A stretch of DNA of 64,000 nt, from assembly GCF_006345805.1 (NCBI RefSeq), contig NC_043009.1, positions 24,366,001-24,430,000 of the forward strand, given 5' to 3'. Positions 26,286 to 41,815 of the stretch are shown in pieces. Each line of letters opens with the position of its first letter. Position 1 is the stretch's first letter. The notes under the pieces are model-generated. The model was not told the origin of the DNA, did no database searches, and saw only the letters and a list, made by a program, of their open reading frames with translations. The position numbers and the translations under genes were made by a program. The stretch is from Octopus sinensis (lineage: Eukaryota).

Positions 26286-26954
26286 TTAGAGTTACGACAG
26301 ATTGATAGATCGATACAGATAGAGAAACAAGTTCAAGCATTAACCCTTAAATAAGAAGACTCCCTCACAAGTGAATATTGTTGAAATATGTTTTATTCCA
26401 ATTCCTTGAAAATTATGTGGTTTTACTTCATTGCAATAATTTCGTGATTGCAGGTGGACATTGTAGTACAATAGCAAAATTTCTTTACATCATATACTTA
26501 TATAAATATATGTATGTGCGTGTTTTGTGCATCTGTGTACATATAAATGTGTGTGAGTCTATGTGTTTGTATGAGAATTATGTATTTGTGTGTCTGAAAT
26601 TATTGGGAATCACTGGATTTATATTTGGGATAACAAATATACGCGATTCCAAAAGTGTACATTAGTATACACAGACACACTGTGCCATCAGTCCACCGCA
26701 GATCCCATGAGGGCACGTCCGCTGTTCCCTTTAAGTTATGAACAAGAATAAAGGATTCTGCAACCGGCATAAAAGTATTTGCACGCCGGACAAATTGTTC
26801 TGTGGCATTTCGTCCGTCTTTATGTTCTCAGTTCGAATTTCATCGTTGTCATCTTAGCCTGTCATTCTTTCGGGGTCGAAAAAATTAACGACCAGTCGAA
26901 CACTGCGGTTTAGGAAATTGGTTATCTCCATCCTCCCCAAAATTTAAAAGTTTG

Positions 26955-27340
26955 TGCCAGGAGTGGCTGTATGGTAAGTGGCTTGCTTACCAACCACATG
27001 GTTCCCGGTTCAGTCCCACTATGTGCCACCTCGGGCAAGTGTCTTCTACTATAGCCTCGGGCCGACCAAAGCCTTGTGAGTGGATTTGGTAAACGGAAAC
27101 TAAAATAAGTCCGTCGTATATATGTATGTGTGTGTTTGTGTGACTGCTTTTATCTCCCCAACATCGCTTGACAACCCTTGCTGGTATGTTTACGTCCCCG
27201 TCACTTAGCGGTTCGGCAAAAGAGTCCGATAGAATAAGTACTAGGCTTACAAATAATAAGTCCTGGGGTCAATTTGCTCGACTAAAGGCGGTGCTCCAGC
27301 TTGGCCGCAGTCAACTGACTGAAACAAGTAAAAGAGTAAT
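26955..27340 (+). mobile_element. SINE family A, fused downstream of a family D copy
   Basis: Colinear with 4473-4885. Confidence 0.9.
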
Positions 27341-27559
27341 ATAGTATTATTATTATTGTCACTTTTAAAGTGTGTACCGTGTATACTTACTTTTTTCTTA
27401 TCATTTCATTATTACATGTAAACCCCACACACTTTATATCTGTATCTGTATTGTCTCCCGTCATTCTTCGCCCTTGGGCCCAATAAATGAAATCATTAAT
27501 TATTATTGTTGTTATTCTGAAAGATAGTTATTAATTACCGGTTATTGAAAAAAAGGTAA

Positions 27560-27784
27560 TAACAAATCACCAAAGGTTTCAAGTAGTTCCTTCTCCTGTG
27601 ACTCAAAGAGTCAATACTCTCCTTAGAATACAAGCTGTACCCAATAATGCTGTCTTCTGGATCACCTCGAGCCTGACAAGAGCTCCATTATTCTTAATAT
27701 ATTTTTCAAAGCCCCTGGAAATTGTTCCTCATACTCCAATTACCACCGGTATCACCATTACTTTCCCTATGCTCAATAACATTC

Positions 27785-27785
<1 letters not shown>
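27560..27785 (-). mobile_element. R4/Dong-type non-LTR retrotransposon 3' fragment
   Basis: VIPVVIGV*GTISRGFEKYIKNNGALVRLEVIQKTALLGTACILRRVL, typical of the C-terminus of restriction-like-endonuclease LINEs. Confidence 0.75.
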
Positions 27786-27833
<48 letters not shown>

Positions 27834-28143
27834 GGAGGCGCAATGGCCTAGTGGTTAAGGAAGCGGACTCGCGGTCGGAGGTTCGCGGTTTCGATTCCCA
27901 GACCGGCCGCTGTGTGTGTTTATTGAGCGAAAAAACCTAAACCTCCACGAGGCTCCGGGCAACCCCTGTTGTACTCTTTCGCCCCAACTTTCACTCACTC
28001 TCTCTTCCTGTAACTTGAGTAACGCTGCGATGGACTGGCGTCCCATCCTGCTGGGGGAAAAACATACGCCACAGACACTGGGGCTAAAAAATTATATTAT
28101 TATTAATATTATTATTATTATTATATTATTATTATTATTATTA

Positions 28144-28179
<36 letters not shown>

Positions 28180-28453
28180 GGAGGCGCAATGGCCTAGTGG
28201 TTAAGGAAGCGGACTCGCGGTCGGAGGTTCGCGGTTTCGATTCCCAGACCGGCCGCTGTGTGTGTTTATTGAGCGAAAAAACCTAAACCTCCACGAGGCT
28301 CCGGGCAACCCCTGTTGTACTCTTTCGCCCCAACTTTCACTCACTCTCTCTTCCTGTAACTTGAGTAACGCTGCGATGGACTGGCGTCCCATCCTGCTGG
28401 GGGAAAAACATACGCCACAGACACTGGGGCTAAAAAATTATTATTATTATTAA

Positions 28454-28500
<47 letters not shown>
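27834..28500 (+). repeat. Tandem 346-bp duplication of a family B-head SINE with V-domain-like tail, separated by (TTA)n
   Basis: Apparently identical SINE bodies start at 27834 and 28180. The tail contains ctgcgatggactggcgtcccatcc. Confidence 0.92.
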
Positions 28501-28504
<4 letters not shown>

Positions 28505-28507
<3 letters not shown>

Positions 28508-29600
28508 CTTTTCTGATTTATCTATGTTTATGTCACGTCTCAGCTTGACAACATTTTCCTCAGCAAGTTAGATATTCCAAGTATCGCTGCCATTTGAAAA
28601 CTTCCTAAGAAATTTGGCATTTCCAACTTTTGATACCAAAATATTGCTCTTTTTAAGATCGTTCCAACTGCACCGATCACAATAGGTGCGACACTCACTT
28701 ATCAGGTTCTCTGGATTCTTTTCACTTACAATTTTATGTCTTGATAATTCTCGACTTTCTCGTCCTCTGTCTAAGCTATATTTTGTTCTTTAGGTAGAGG
28801 TGCACCGATGTAAGTTCTTTCTTTGGACTCTTTCAGTAAGGAAGTGATATCTAGTCGGTTATGTTGCACCTTTGTGTCTGTATATATTGGCATATCCCAC
28901 CTTAGTTTCATCTGATGATTCCCTGCTACTGGTAAATGTTAGTGCTCATATCATTTGTTGGAACACTTTAGACCAATGCTTAACAAAGTGGGTGGTATCG
29001 CCCCTCCCCCTGGGGCGGTGGAAAGATCCAGAGGGGAGCTGAAGAAAAATAGGGTGGCCAAAATGGAACACTGGATGAAAAAAAATAAAGGGTTAGTTAG
29101 GTTAAATTTTATTTGTGAAATACTGTTGTTTTGAATTTGCTGCAGAGACTGGTCTGTGTCTGTGATGGTAAGTGGGGGAGGGGCACTAGGAATGTGACCT
29201 TAGAAACAATGAGGCGGCAGCCTGAAAAAGTTTGGGAACCACTTCTCTAAACCATACTTATATTATAACTCCAAGTGTATTTGAACTGGCTCTTTTGCAT
29301 TTCTTTTGTACTAGTTTTGAGCGTCCACGAATTATAAATCCATTTCTCTCACATGATTTTCCACATAGCCTACACAAAGATGATGCCACAGTCATATAAA
29401 CGCTGCCCTTGATTCAGTTAGCATGTAAAGCTTGTTTTTGAGCAACAACAATCAGACTGTTTCCTTCCTTAATCAGCTTCTTCCTCGCTTTCATCCGCTG
29501 TTTCTTGGAATACCTCTCCATTCTATGACCATTATTCTATTATTCGTCACACTGTCCTCTAGGAAAGTCTTTCCATAGGCATTGATCACTTTTGCATTCA
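28505..29600 (-). mobile_element. Decayed R4/Dong-type LINE 3' end (REL endonuclease) between (TAA)n arrays
   Basis: Minus frames give MKLRWDMPIYTDTKVQHNRLDI, EDEKVENYQDIK and PIVIGAVGTILK..FQMAAILGISNLLRKML. KYGL|CSNK*YEH is restored after removing the MITE. Confidence 0.75.
28974..29244. mobile_element. hAT (Charlie-like) MITE
   Basis: Ends caatgcttaacaaa and tttgggaaccactt resemble CAGTGGTTCCCAAA TIRs. 8-bp TSD ctttagac/ctctaaac. Confidence 0.75.
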
Positions 29601-29609
29601 TTGTTGCTT

Positions 29610-29760
<151 letters not shown>

Positions 29761-29906
29761 GAATATGAATTGGGCGGAGAGCTGGGAGAATCGTTAGCTC
29801 ACCGGGCAAAATACTCTCACGCACACACATCCACAGACACATATAGATATGGAGATAGATAGGTAGGTGGGTAGGTAGGTAGGTAGATATACATATATAT
29901 ATGTAT

Positions 29907-29977
<71 letters not shown>

Positions 29978-31581
29978 CTTATACATAAACACACACATAT
30001 ATATATGTATACATACATATATATATACCTACGTATATATAGACATATGTACATATATATATACATACATACATATATATATATATATGTATATATATAT
30101 GTATCGAGAGAACGATCATCGTATGTATTTAGAGATATACTGAATGCTTACAGTTCTATGTAAATTACATCGGCGATTCTCAAATACAAATCCTTTGTTT
30201 CATACCCGAAATCCCTTTTCTGCACAGGGAATGCTTCAAAAAACATGCACTCACACATCTGAAGAAAGGAAATAATTTTAAATCTAATCAAATTTACCAT
30301 TCATTAAAAAGAAAATCATTATTTTCCCTTCCATTGGCACATATATGTGAAATTCTACTTAGAATCTCCGTCTTTAACTGCGGTATCGTATACGTACTTC
30401 CCACAGCAAATCAATTCCCTGATAGCAGATCATGTTACTGAACTTGGTAACGTAACTGGCATTGATATCAGCTTTGTAAATTATCATCAGAACGTCAATT
30501 CCAATCTACAATATAACACTCTCCCTGCACGGAAGCAACAAAGATATCTATAGGAATATCATTGCTTTCTGCACCCAACGTGCAACCCTGTAATTCATCA
30601 ATTGTTATTGTGGTTATCCTTATTTTTATCTCACTTTTCATATGATTCAATTTAATATAATTTCGATTATTGTTGATACATTCATTCCGTCTTGTATGTA
30701 TATTAGGAAAAGGTCAGTATGAAAAACAGAGAGAAAAGTTGTTGCTCTTTAAATGACATATTATCAAGGCGATCCAATTCAGTAGCTCTAGTATTCCTAG
30801 CACATTTACTAGCGATGACCGGAGCGGTTGGTAATATGAAAGGCAAATCAGTAGGACATTTTTGTTGGTAACGGTGAAACTTTCCAATCGACGAATAATC
30901 TGTTGTCGATGAGGTGTTGGTCAATGAATGCAGTGAGATTTAGACGAACTCAGTGGTGATAGGGAAAAAATGACTATGCTTGAAACAATACATACATCAT
31001 AAAGCCCAATATAATCTAATAACATGATTGACACCCCATATATGTTAATGTTACAATAGCAATTAATGTATTGTTAACGTATTCATATTTGTATAACGTT
31101 TTATATAGGGACAACGAATTTTGAGCACAAGGCATTTTCGAGTGTCGTCATTTTACATAGCAAATCTGGGTGACTAAAATATGTGAAAGAGTTTAAAGTT
31201 ATTTTCTTACACTGCAGAACCCCAAAACCTATCAGCCATTGAATCTCGAGTTAAATACGTACCCTTGGTGGAACGTACTCTTGTTTTCACACTAAACATA
31301 TTACAGATGTTTAAATATCTTCTAATTTCTAAGTCATTTTCCACTTAAGAAAAAAAAAGTAATTCTTATATTTGTGCTTAGTATTATTTTTAATGGTTTA
31401 TTTATTTATTTATTTGTCTTGTTTTTCTATCGCACAGCAAAACGTATGAGGAAATTCAGGAAAAAAACAAAACAAAGGAACACCCAAAATATAACAAACA
31501 AAAATAGATCTCCAAGAGTAATGTTTAGTTATTTTGGCTGATAAGCTGCAGGAATTGTTTTAGAAAGATTAACACAATAAA

Positions 31582-31676
<95 letters not shown>

Positions 31677-31886
31677 TGATAATAAAAGAAACTAAAAACA
31701 AAGTCAAGTGAAGACATCGGTTTATAATGTATTAAGTTGAATTTAATTAATAAAATAATATTGTAACAATAGAAATACAACAACTAAAATTAAAAGAATG
31801 AATTATTCAACAAAAGACACAGTTTTTGTGTTCATAAAATTCCTACGCACACGTCGAAATATATAAACACCAGACGCAACAGATGC

Positions 31887-31925
<39 letters not shown>

Positions 31926-32103
31926 TATATGTGTATATATATATTCATGTATATATATATATATATATATACATGCATACATACGTATATATACATACAC
32001 GTATATGTATGTATATACATAGATAAAAATATACATATATTCATGCATATGTATGTATAAATATACTGACATATACATATGCGTATATATAAATATTATA
32101 TAT

Positions 32104-32153
<50 letters not shown>

Positions 32154-32312
32154 CATATATATATACATATATATATAAATATTCATATATATATATAAAT
32201 CTGTAGACATGTATATAATTATGTGTGTATGCTTACATATATACACATAAGCATGCATATATATATTTGAGCATATATACATATGTAAATGTGTACATAT
32301 ATATGCATGTGT

Positions 32313-32363
<51 letters not shown>

Positions 32364-33017
32364 ATCAAACATACATGAGTTTGAGCGAATGGGTACGTGT
32401 GCACGTGTGGTTGTTTGTATGTCTCCTGGTGGGCGCGTGTGTGTGAATGTGTGAGTGTGTGAGTGCATGTGTGTGTATGTGCGTGCGCATGTGTACGCGC
32501 GTGTGTGCGTATCAAAGTGTGAATGATCATAAATGTAACAAAATTTAATTTAAAATTATTTCCATAGAGACATATCTGTTTGTGTTCGGCAAAATTAATT
32601 TCCTGAAATTTTTGAGTGGGGGGAGGATATTATTTTGCATTGTTTTTGTAATTTTATTCCGTGAGGTACTTTTTAAATTTTTTTGTATTTTTTTTCCTAC
32701 CATTTGTATTTTATTTGTGATTTGTTCCCCTTTATTAATTCTTCTTTTGGCAACGCATTGTTTTAATTGTCTTTCTCGGAGATTTTTATTTTATCCAATG
32801 AGAATATTGTTATTTTATATTTTCATTAAATGTCATTGTGTTTCCTTTTGTTTTATTTCTCGATCGACATTAAAAATATTTAAATTAAATATACAAATAA
32901 AACACCCAGTAACATATGTGTATATATATACATACATATATACATATATATACAAATACATATATAAGCATATATATACATAGATATATACATGAATATA
33001 TATGTGCGTGTATATAA

Positions 33018-33077
<60 letters not shown>

Positions 33078-33186
33078 TACATATATGCATAAATACAGAT
33101 ATAAATAAATAAATATATATATACAAAGACATATTATATAAATGCATATATATATGTGTATATATATATATATTTATGCATACACA

Positions 33187-33240
<54 letters not shown>

Positions 33241-33245
33241 TACAC

Positions 33246-33280
<35 letters not shown>

Positions 33281-33745
33281 CACGGACGTATACTTGTCTT
33301 AATACACATTCATATAGATACATACCACACATACGCACACGCACACACTTTTATGTAATATGTCCTGTGCCCGATCAAATAATGTTCAGTGCGTGAACAT
33401 TGTCCGCTTAAAGCGGTCTTCCATAGTGAAAACAGTAAATCTCAGTCGCTATCTTTATTCCATTTCAACATATCGCCTTTGTCGATGAATTTCACACCCT
33501 CAAACAACGGCCATGATTGAAAGGTACTAAACTCTTGTTACTTTTAACTTTACAAATACCATTATCAATTACCCATTCAATTTCTGAATTAATCCTCCCA
33601 GCAATTTCTTTATATTAGAGGTGCTTCTGTCTTTCTACCTTTCTTTTGTATCTTTTTAATTATGTTACTATGTAATTGCTTCCTATATATGTGTGTGTGT
33701 GTGTATGTGTGCGCTCGCTTGTGTGCGTGTGTTCATATATACATG

Positions 33746-33798
<53 letters not shown>

Positions 33799-33998
33799 CA
33801 CCTTTATTCCCATGTATATTTCTTAAGGGATCTTATTCGTAATACCTCTTGTTCTTTCATTATTAATGAAATAATCTATATGTTTTATATGTGAATGTGC
33901 GACCTTATAATTGGCCTGTCAAAAGGCCAAACTATTTGCACTTTGTACGCTTCAGACTATCTTAAATGTTTTGTTTCATGTCTGCTTCATATTTATTG

Positions 33999-34031
<33 letters not shown>

Positions 34032-34624
34032 TGGTTATTGGGGGGGGGGTTATATTTAGGGGCGCAGGCTTAGATGTGAATTCCTCTTCTCATTCACACG
34101 GTTCTGAATTCGACACCACTCTACGGCATCGTGAGTAAAAATGCCTTTTATTTCTGCATCAGTCAATATGTGAGAGTAATGTTATTGCTAGAACAATCGT
34201 GTAAAATCTCTGTTAATAGACAGTTCAACAAATACCAAAAGATGACATTCGATTTTGAGCGAGATCACTAAGAACGAGGTCATGAAAACTGCGCGAGTTT
34301 GTAACAGATAGACGATTCTGCCCCAATGACAGACATCCTACCCAATCTAGCCTCAACAGCACTTGAAAACAGTCATGGTAAGGGTACCAACTCACGTCAA
34401 GCGGATGAGGGTAATATTCATTATTACGTTGAATGGATGTACAAGATGAACAAACGACAAAACACGATAGAAGATTGCGGCCCAGTGTACTGAGTAGCGT
34501 CGGGGGAGCTAATGAAAAATTCTATATAAAGCATTCAGTCCTCATTTCCAGTATCAGCTGAATACTACCATTTGTTTCACCACCTACATGGTGATAATTA
34601 AAACGTCGTGTATATATTCTTTTA

Positions 34625-34837
34625 TTCTTTTACTTGTTTCAGTCACTTGGATGCGGCCATACTGGAGCACTGCCCTTAGTTGAGCAAATTGACCCCAGAA
34701 CTTATTCTTTGTGAGAATATCACTTATTCTATCGTAGTCATTTGCCAAACCGTTAAGTTACAGGGACGTAAACACACCGACATCGGTTGTCAAGAGACGT
34801 TGGGGAAACAAACCAGACGCACACACACACATATATG

Positions 34838-34869
<32 letters not shown>

Positions 34870-35027
34870 CGACGGGCTTCTTTCAGTTTCCGTCTACCAA
34901 GTACTCTCACCAGGCTTTGATCGGCTTGAGGCTATAGCAGAAGACACTTGCCCAAGGTTCAACGCAGTGGGACTGAACCCGAAACCATGTGGTTGGAAGC
35001 AAGATTCTTGTCACACATCCACTCCTG
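34625..35027 (-). mobile_element. SINE family A
   Basis: Reverse complement of 4473-4885 from tail to head. Confidence 0.88.
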
Positions 35028-35071
35028 TATATGTATATATATGTGTGTATTTATATATATGCATATATGTA

Positions 35072-35110
<39 letters not shown>

Positions 35111-35117
35111 GCATACA

Positions 35118-35520
35118 CTAGGTGTTCAAAAAGTCTCTCTGCAGTAAGCATTTTATTCCAAATGAATATTTATAAGATGGTATAAGACTACAAAAGCATA
35201 TATTAAACTTTACAAGACTTTTTAAAAACTTTTTTAAAATGTCGTCCTTCATTTTCAGAACATAAGTTGGCTTTTCTACACATGTTTTGAAATACATCTT
35301 AGAGAGTCTGAGGTGGTATGGACCGTGTGAAGGTTACAATTGCATATTTTACTAATGGTTTTTTAACTAATGGTTTTTGGGCAATTCTTGTACACTGATC
35401 CTTTACTTGCTCCCCAGAAAAAAAGTCTTGCGGGGTTAAATCGGGTTATCTTGGTGGCTATAGTCCCTTTACTGAAAAACTCTTGAAAATTCACTCGCGT
35501 GAGACTTTTTGAACACCCTG
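35118..35520 (-). mobile_element. Internally deleted Tc1/mariner-superfamily element
   Basis: TIRs ggtgttcaaaaagtctc and gagactttttgaacaccctg followed by TA. The transposase remnant *PPR*PDLTPQDFFF / WGASKGSVYKNCPKTI matches the WPPRSPDLTP-DF-LWG motif. Confidence 0.85.
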
Positions 35521-35643
35521 TATGTATGTAACATGTATACATATATATATCTATATATGTATAAATATATATATTTATATATATGTATATATGCATATAT
35601 ATGTATATGTATGTATATATATATATATATATATATTATACAT

Positions 35644-35715
<72 letters not shown>

Positions 35716-36825
35716 GCACAAAGATACAAATATTTACACGGCATATGAATATCTTATTGTTTTGGAACCAGCATTGCATTTGAAGATTATTATCGAACAA
35801 AACTTGAACTTTGGACATGGAGCGAGGTATCCATATACAATAAAAAAATTTGTTTAGATAATGCTTTCGTGATAAAAATGGATGGTAACAATTGTAGACA
35901 TATTGCATGAAACGTTGATGTTCGATATTGAGGTCTCAACCACTGAGTCCATCAATTGTTCACGAAACATATAACGATAGGATAGCCTGCTCTACACATC
36001 CGATGTTGTCCTAGCGTAAGTTAGTACTGAGCATGAATGTCTTACAGTGAAGAAGGGTGGTTTTCTTATCAGGTACACACAGAGATAGTCACAAACGTAT
36101 GAGCTTCTCTGTTACGTGTGGCTGTGCTGTAGAAAGTTTAATTTCTAATCTCTTGCTTTCAGGTACAATCCCCATTACGGCACCTTGGGCACCTGGCCAA
36201 TGCCTTGTGGATGTGTTTGGTAAATAAAACTCGATGGAAACCTGTCGTATGTACACATATATGTGTGTGTATGTGTCTTCGTGAATCTCTGTGTTTACGT
36301 ATCAATCTGTTGGTGTCTCTGTATTTGTGTTTGTCCCTCACAAACATTTGACAAACACTGTTGGTTTGTTCACGTCTCTAATTCTGGATTCGAATCACTC
36401 ACGAAAACAATTGGAAATGGTGCTCCAGATTCGCCAAAGTTTAATACTGAAACAATTAAAAGATGAAAAGCAATGTTTTTAGAGGAGAGATAAAATCGTC
36501 GATTGAGGTGGCATAAAGGTGCAAGAGATTGCCAAAATGGCAGAGCGTATCTTTAGACCATCGCAGCACCATAACATTTGGTGTGCTGCTCAGGTCAGAA
36601 GATATCCTATCAGACGTTTTTGCTCTACAACATAGATTTCATCCGAGTGTGAGAGTATGTTGCCGTTTGTAGGAGTTGATCATATTGCTCTGTAGCCGAT
36701 ATCTTCAAAGCTGTGGTGACGAAGGTTATTTATTTATTCCATACTGCATTAAAATGAAATGCAAACTAACCACTAAAATGTAAATAAGTATGTATATATT
36801 TATATGACTTTAATGTGCATCGTGT

Positions 36826-37150
36826 GAAGGCGCATGGCTCAGTGGTTAGAGCGCCGAGCTTACTTACGATCGTGAGGCTGTGAGTTTGAATCCCGGACCG
36901 GCTGCGTGTTGTCTTGTTGAGCAAGACACTTTATTTCACGTTGCTCCAGTTCACTCAGCTGCAGGAATGAGTTGCGACGTCACAGGTGCCAAGCTGTATC
37001 GGTCTTTGCTTTCCATTGGAGAACACTGGTGGCGTGGAGAGAGGAGACCGGTATACATGGGTGACTGTTTTTCGCCCCTTGTGGGTAATAATAAAATCAC
37101 ATGGGTGACTGTTGGTCTTCTATAAAACAACCTTACCTGGACTTGTGCCT
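36826..37150 (+). mobile_element. SINE with a family C-like head and a different tail
   Basis: gaaggcgcatggctcagtggttagagc...ttgagcaagacactttatttcacgttgctccagttcactcagctg, then diverges from the 11613 copy. Confidence 0.8.
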
Positions 37151-37604
37151 GGAAGGGTAACTTTCTAGGTCAGTCATGACCCAATGAGGTCCAAGAAATC
37201 TGCATCCGTTTGTGGAGCCCTGGTACGGGTGTTTCCGGGTTTTTTAGTGGCATAGAACCACTTTATAGCGACTATTGTTCTTACGTAGAATCTGAATCGT
37301 GAATCGTGGATTAGGAAGATCTGTTAGGGTCACAACTAAGGATTAACTAGTATGTGAACCATCGGGAGTAAAGACCTCTTGTTCTCTTTAGGACTTCTTT
37401 CCTGGAAAATGTGAAACTAAAGGACAGTCAGTCGGTTTCTGTTGGCTAATGGTTTTATAACTGATTGCACTGAAAATATGATCCAGTATTGAGCACCAAT
37501 TTACCCATTCATAACAAACTTACGCACAAGAAATTCTTGGACTCTCGTGACGATGCATGGATTACTCTATCATGAGTTACTTTCCATTTTATATATATAT
37601 ATAT

Positions 37605-37986
37605 CGTGAACTCCGTTGGTTACGACAACGAGGGTTCCTATTGATCCGATCAACGAAACAGCCTGCTCGTGAAATTAACGTGCAAGTGGCTGAGCTCTCC
37701 ACAGACATTTGTATCCTAAACGTTGTTCTCGGGGAGATTCAGCGTGACACAGAGTGTGACACGGCTGGCCCCTTTGAAATACAGGTACAACAGAAACAGG
37801 AAGAATGAATAAGAGAAAATTGTGGTGAAAGAGTACAGCAGGGCTCGTCACCTCCCACTGCCGGAGCCTCGTGGAGCTTTAGGTGTTTTTCGTTCAATAA
37901 ACACTCACAACGCCCGGTCTGGGATTCGAGTCCACGATGCTACAACCGCGAGTCCGCTGCCGTAACCACTGGACCATTTACACCTC
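37605..37986 (-). mobile_element. SINE with family B head and family C tail
   Basis: Colinear with 10971-11348. Confidence 0.85.
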
Positions 37987-39829
37987 AACCTTATATGTAT
38001 TCGTGTATGTGTGGGTGTGTGCCTGTGCATATATATATGCATACATACATATACATACGTACACAAATACACACTCACAAACACATATACACACTGTATA
38101 CCGTTCATTCTCTAAAATTCATGCGCCCTAAATGTGTATTGATTATTGATTACGATTAGTAACCTACAATAATTACTACTAGTAAACTGCTCTGCTGCTA
38201 TAGCATGGCCGCACCGTTTGGGCTGCAACACACAAAGGCAAAATAAAGGAATATGTGATTGCTTCAATACAATTTTGTTATTGTAATTGTACTTATTTTA
38301 GTATTATCCTACATTCTATGGCTCACTGTTTATTTTTCATATCATTATACGTGGAATTTTGATAATTATGTGCATTATTTTTGTATATTTGTATGTGTCT
38401 TATTCTATTTTGTATGCTATTAATGTCGGTTTGAATTTTATTGTCATAGCAACTTGTGCTGCGATGTAATTTTTGTAGGACTTGTAAAAATACAATGACA
38501 AAGAATTCAATTCAATATGGAAATACCAAAAATATTACAAGTTCCTCTCTTATTTCTATTTTCTTTTCCATTGAAAGCTTATGCTCTCTTTCACGCATAC
38601 GTACAATATATCCAGTTACACATAAAATCACACACACACACACACACACACACAAGCACACACACATACACACGGCCCACCCACATTTGTGTGTATGTTT
38701 CATTAATTATACAAACATACGCACACATATGCATGTATGTATACAAATGTCTGTGAGTGTGTATGCATGTACGTATGTGTTTATGTGTTTGTGTGTGTAT
38801 ATATATATATATGTGTGTATATATGTATATGTATGTTTGTATATATATATTTGTCTGTATGTGTGTGTGTGCATATGTGTATGTGTACGTTTGTGCGTGT
38901 ATGTGCATGCGTGTGCAGATGCGTATGAGTCTCAAAACATTACTAAACCAACGACGTTTTACTGTTCGATATCCAGTTCACCTATTTTTGCTCGCTTGCA
39001 CTTTAGTTTTGAGATCTGGGAGTATCGATAAAAGCAAAATGCAGATGACGTTTTGTTTCGAACGGATTCACAACGCACCATTCACGATAAAATATGCATT
39101 TTCGTCCTCTCGACTGTTAATCTGGTGTTTCTTATTCATTCATATGTTTATTTCTTTTAGTAGGATTATATATATCCGGGAAGATAAACTTGCGTGGCTC
39201 CGCAATCCAAATGGTGCTGATGCTTCCAATTTAAAAAAAAAATCAGATGGAATACTAATCGGTCGATTCTGTATTAGGGGCTTCATATCAATGAATTGGT
39301 GTGGGTCGCTGTAAATCGTCAAGGGGATATGTACTTTCATTCCTTATAAGCGCTGAAACGTACTGTTGTCCGGTATGCGGAGTTTTCAATTGACCTGAGC
39401 AAGGAATCTTCTTGCAATCTCTCAGATGAACACTCTGTGTGGTCACATAATTTACAGAAATAACAGCCAAATATGTAAATTAATTTATTGGAAATCACTC
39501 CCAAGAAGACAGCATACGACTATTAATTACACAGTAATTAAGAAATATTTTTTGCATGAAAGAAATAAGGAAAGAAAAGAAGCAATAGTTTATTCTGATG
39601 AGAAGCTCTGACAACACTCATAAAATGTTCTGCCAAAGATGTAAATTAAGTAAATGCGTATTTATCTGCGAAACAAAGAAAATGAAGAGAGTTCATTAAG
39701 AGAGATATTCGATGAAACATCGAAAAAAACACATCTTATCGTCTCACAAAAGAGAGAAAACATTGGATAAAGTTAGAAAATTACTATTTTCTAAAATCTC
39801 ACAATATGAGATATTCAGCAAAAGTACTT

Positions 39830-40046
39830 TAAAGATTGTTTGCCAACATAACATGGCAGCCCTGGTTTAGGACGAATGTTTCTGTAATTTAGTCCGAGGA
39901 GACATCGTCTGTAGCTGGCTATACGACACGATCTGTGTCATATTTTCGAACAAGGAAATCTAGCACCCCAACTCAGCTGGGGCTAAATTACAGCAACATT
40001 CATCCTAAACCAGGACTGCCATGTAATGTGGGCAAACAATCTTTAC
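39830..40046. mobile_element. MITE-like element with about 67-bp terminal inverted repeats
   Basis: taaagattgtttgccaacataacatggcagccctggtttaggacgaatgtt pairs with aacattcatcctaaaccaggactgccatgtaatgtgggcaaacaatcttta. Confidence 0.75.
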
Positions 40047-41555
40047 TACATTGGATAAAGTTGTCCTAAATATGAAATAAGTGAGAAATGGGACAAAGGT
40101 TCACAGGAGCGAGCTTCGTTGTTTTATTGAGAAGCTCATTGATGTGAGGCCCCTAATACGGTATTGAGTGGCTAATATTCCATCTAATGTTCTTCAAATT
40201 AGTATCATCAGCACCATTCGAATTGTGGAGTCACGCAAGTTTATTAAAAAAATAAAAGTACAATCTCACTTCACGGCAACTTAGGCTAGTGTCTTCTTTG
40301 GTCCGACCAATCTCTTGTGAGAGAATTTAGTTTTCGGAAGCTGTATGGAAGCCCATGATACATGTATACATGTCATTGCATACATACGTGTGTGTCTGTG
40401 AGTGTGTCTGTGAGTATGTGTATGTGTATATGTGTGTGTATGTTTGCGCGTGTATGTATGAGTGTGTGTGTATCTTTCTGTCTGTGTTCTCACATGCACC
40501 TCAGGACAGACGGTGTTGGCATGTTTACGTCCCTGTAACATAGTGTTTCGGATGAATATACCGATATAATAAGCACAAAATTCGAAAATAAATATTGGAA
40601 TTGATCTGTTGGACTTGCACTGCCCCAGCATGGCCGCAGCTCAATCATTGAAAGGAATAAAAGAGAAAGGAAAAGAGCTGAAAAGCCTTTGTCCATGTCA
40701 AATTAGTGGTTGAGGGGCAAATAAAATACCAATTAGATTAGCAATAGTTTAATTTATTTCAGGCAGGATTTTATAAAGTTGACCAATTATACATGTATAA
40801 TTGTATATGAAATATTCTTTTCTACTCTAGGCACAAGGCCCGAAAGTTTTCGATTAATTCGACCCCAGTACGCAACTGGTACTTAATTTATTGACCCCTA
40901 AAGGATGAAAGGTAAAGTTGACCTCGGTGAAATTTGAACTCAAAATATAATGATAGACGAAATTTACGTTTAAAATATTACCGATTTTAGCCACCTCCGA
41001 TGAGGACAAACATGCAAATATAAAAAAAAAACAACGTATTTGAACAATTTCAACGGGTCTGTATTGTAGGAACCTCTACTTCATGGAACTTTTGTATAAA
41101 ATCCCTGAAAAAGTGCGTTATGGACTTTCGGAGTGAACCATCAATTCCACGTATATTGGTTTATTTTAATGACGGGTCAATATGTGTGGAGATAGGGCTT
41201 GGTGTTATATCAAAATAACAATGACATACATTATATCATATGGCGTTAAATGCAGCAGGAAAAACTCGGTATATAAAAAATGATTTTCGGAGTCAAACTA
41301 AAATACATTAGGTACTTACACTTAAACAGATGTTGGAACATTTTTAGAAATTGTACATGCAAATTGCATTCCCCGGTAATGATCGTTAAAAGAAATTTTT
41401 TAAAGGACTATTACAAATGTAATACAATTTTAACGACGCAAATAGAGTCAAATAGTAGATGAAGTAACTTATGTAGAATTTACACTTTCTCAGTATTTGG
41501 ATACGTATGTGGTTTTGTATGTATGTATGTAAAGTTCTGTGTGTGTGTATATATA

Positions 41556-41606
<51 letters not shown>

Positions 41607-41760
41607 GGAACTGTGTGTGTGTGTGTGTGCGTGTGTGTGTTTTTGCGTATGCATGTGCGTTCATTTTGCAAAGAAAGATGTGCATTTTTATTTATTTTAT
41701 ATACACGTATATGAATGCAATATATAATTCTATATCTACCTATATATTCATATATAAATC

Positions 41761-41815
<55 letters not shown>

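Noticed and set aside
27834-27905. tRNA-like sequence with A and B boxes
   Set aside because: It continues into a SINE body and recurs in many copies, so it is a SINE head rather than a tRNA gene.
30703-30924. 73-aa non-repetitive ORF as a possible host exon
   Set aside because: No recognisable domain, an in-frame stop just upstream and no convincing splice sites. RNA-seq would be needed.
31803-33358. YI/CV/HT-repeat ORFs, here and throughout the window
   Set aside because: (TA)n and (CA)n lack stop codons, so these are artefacts.
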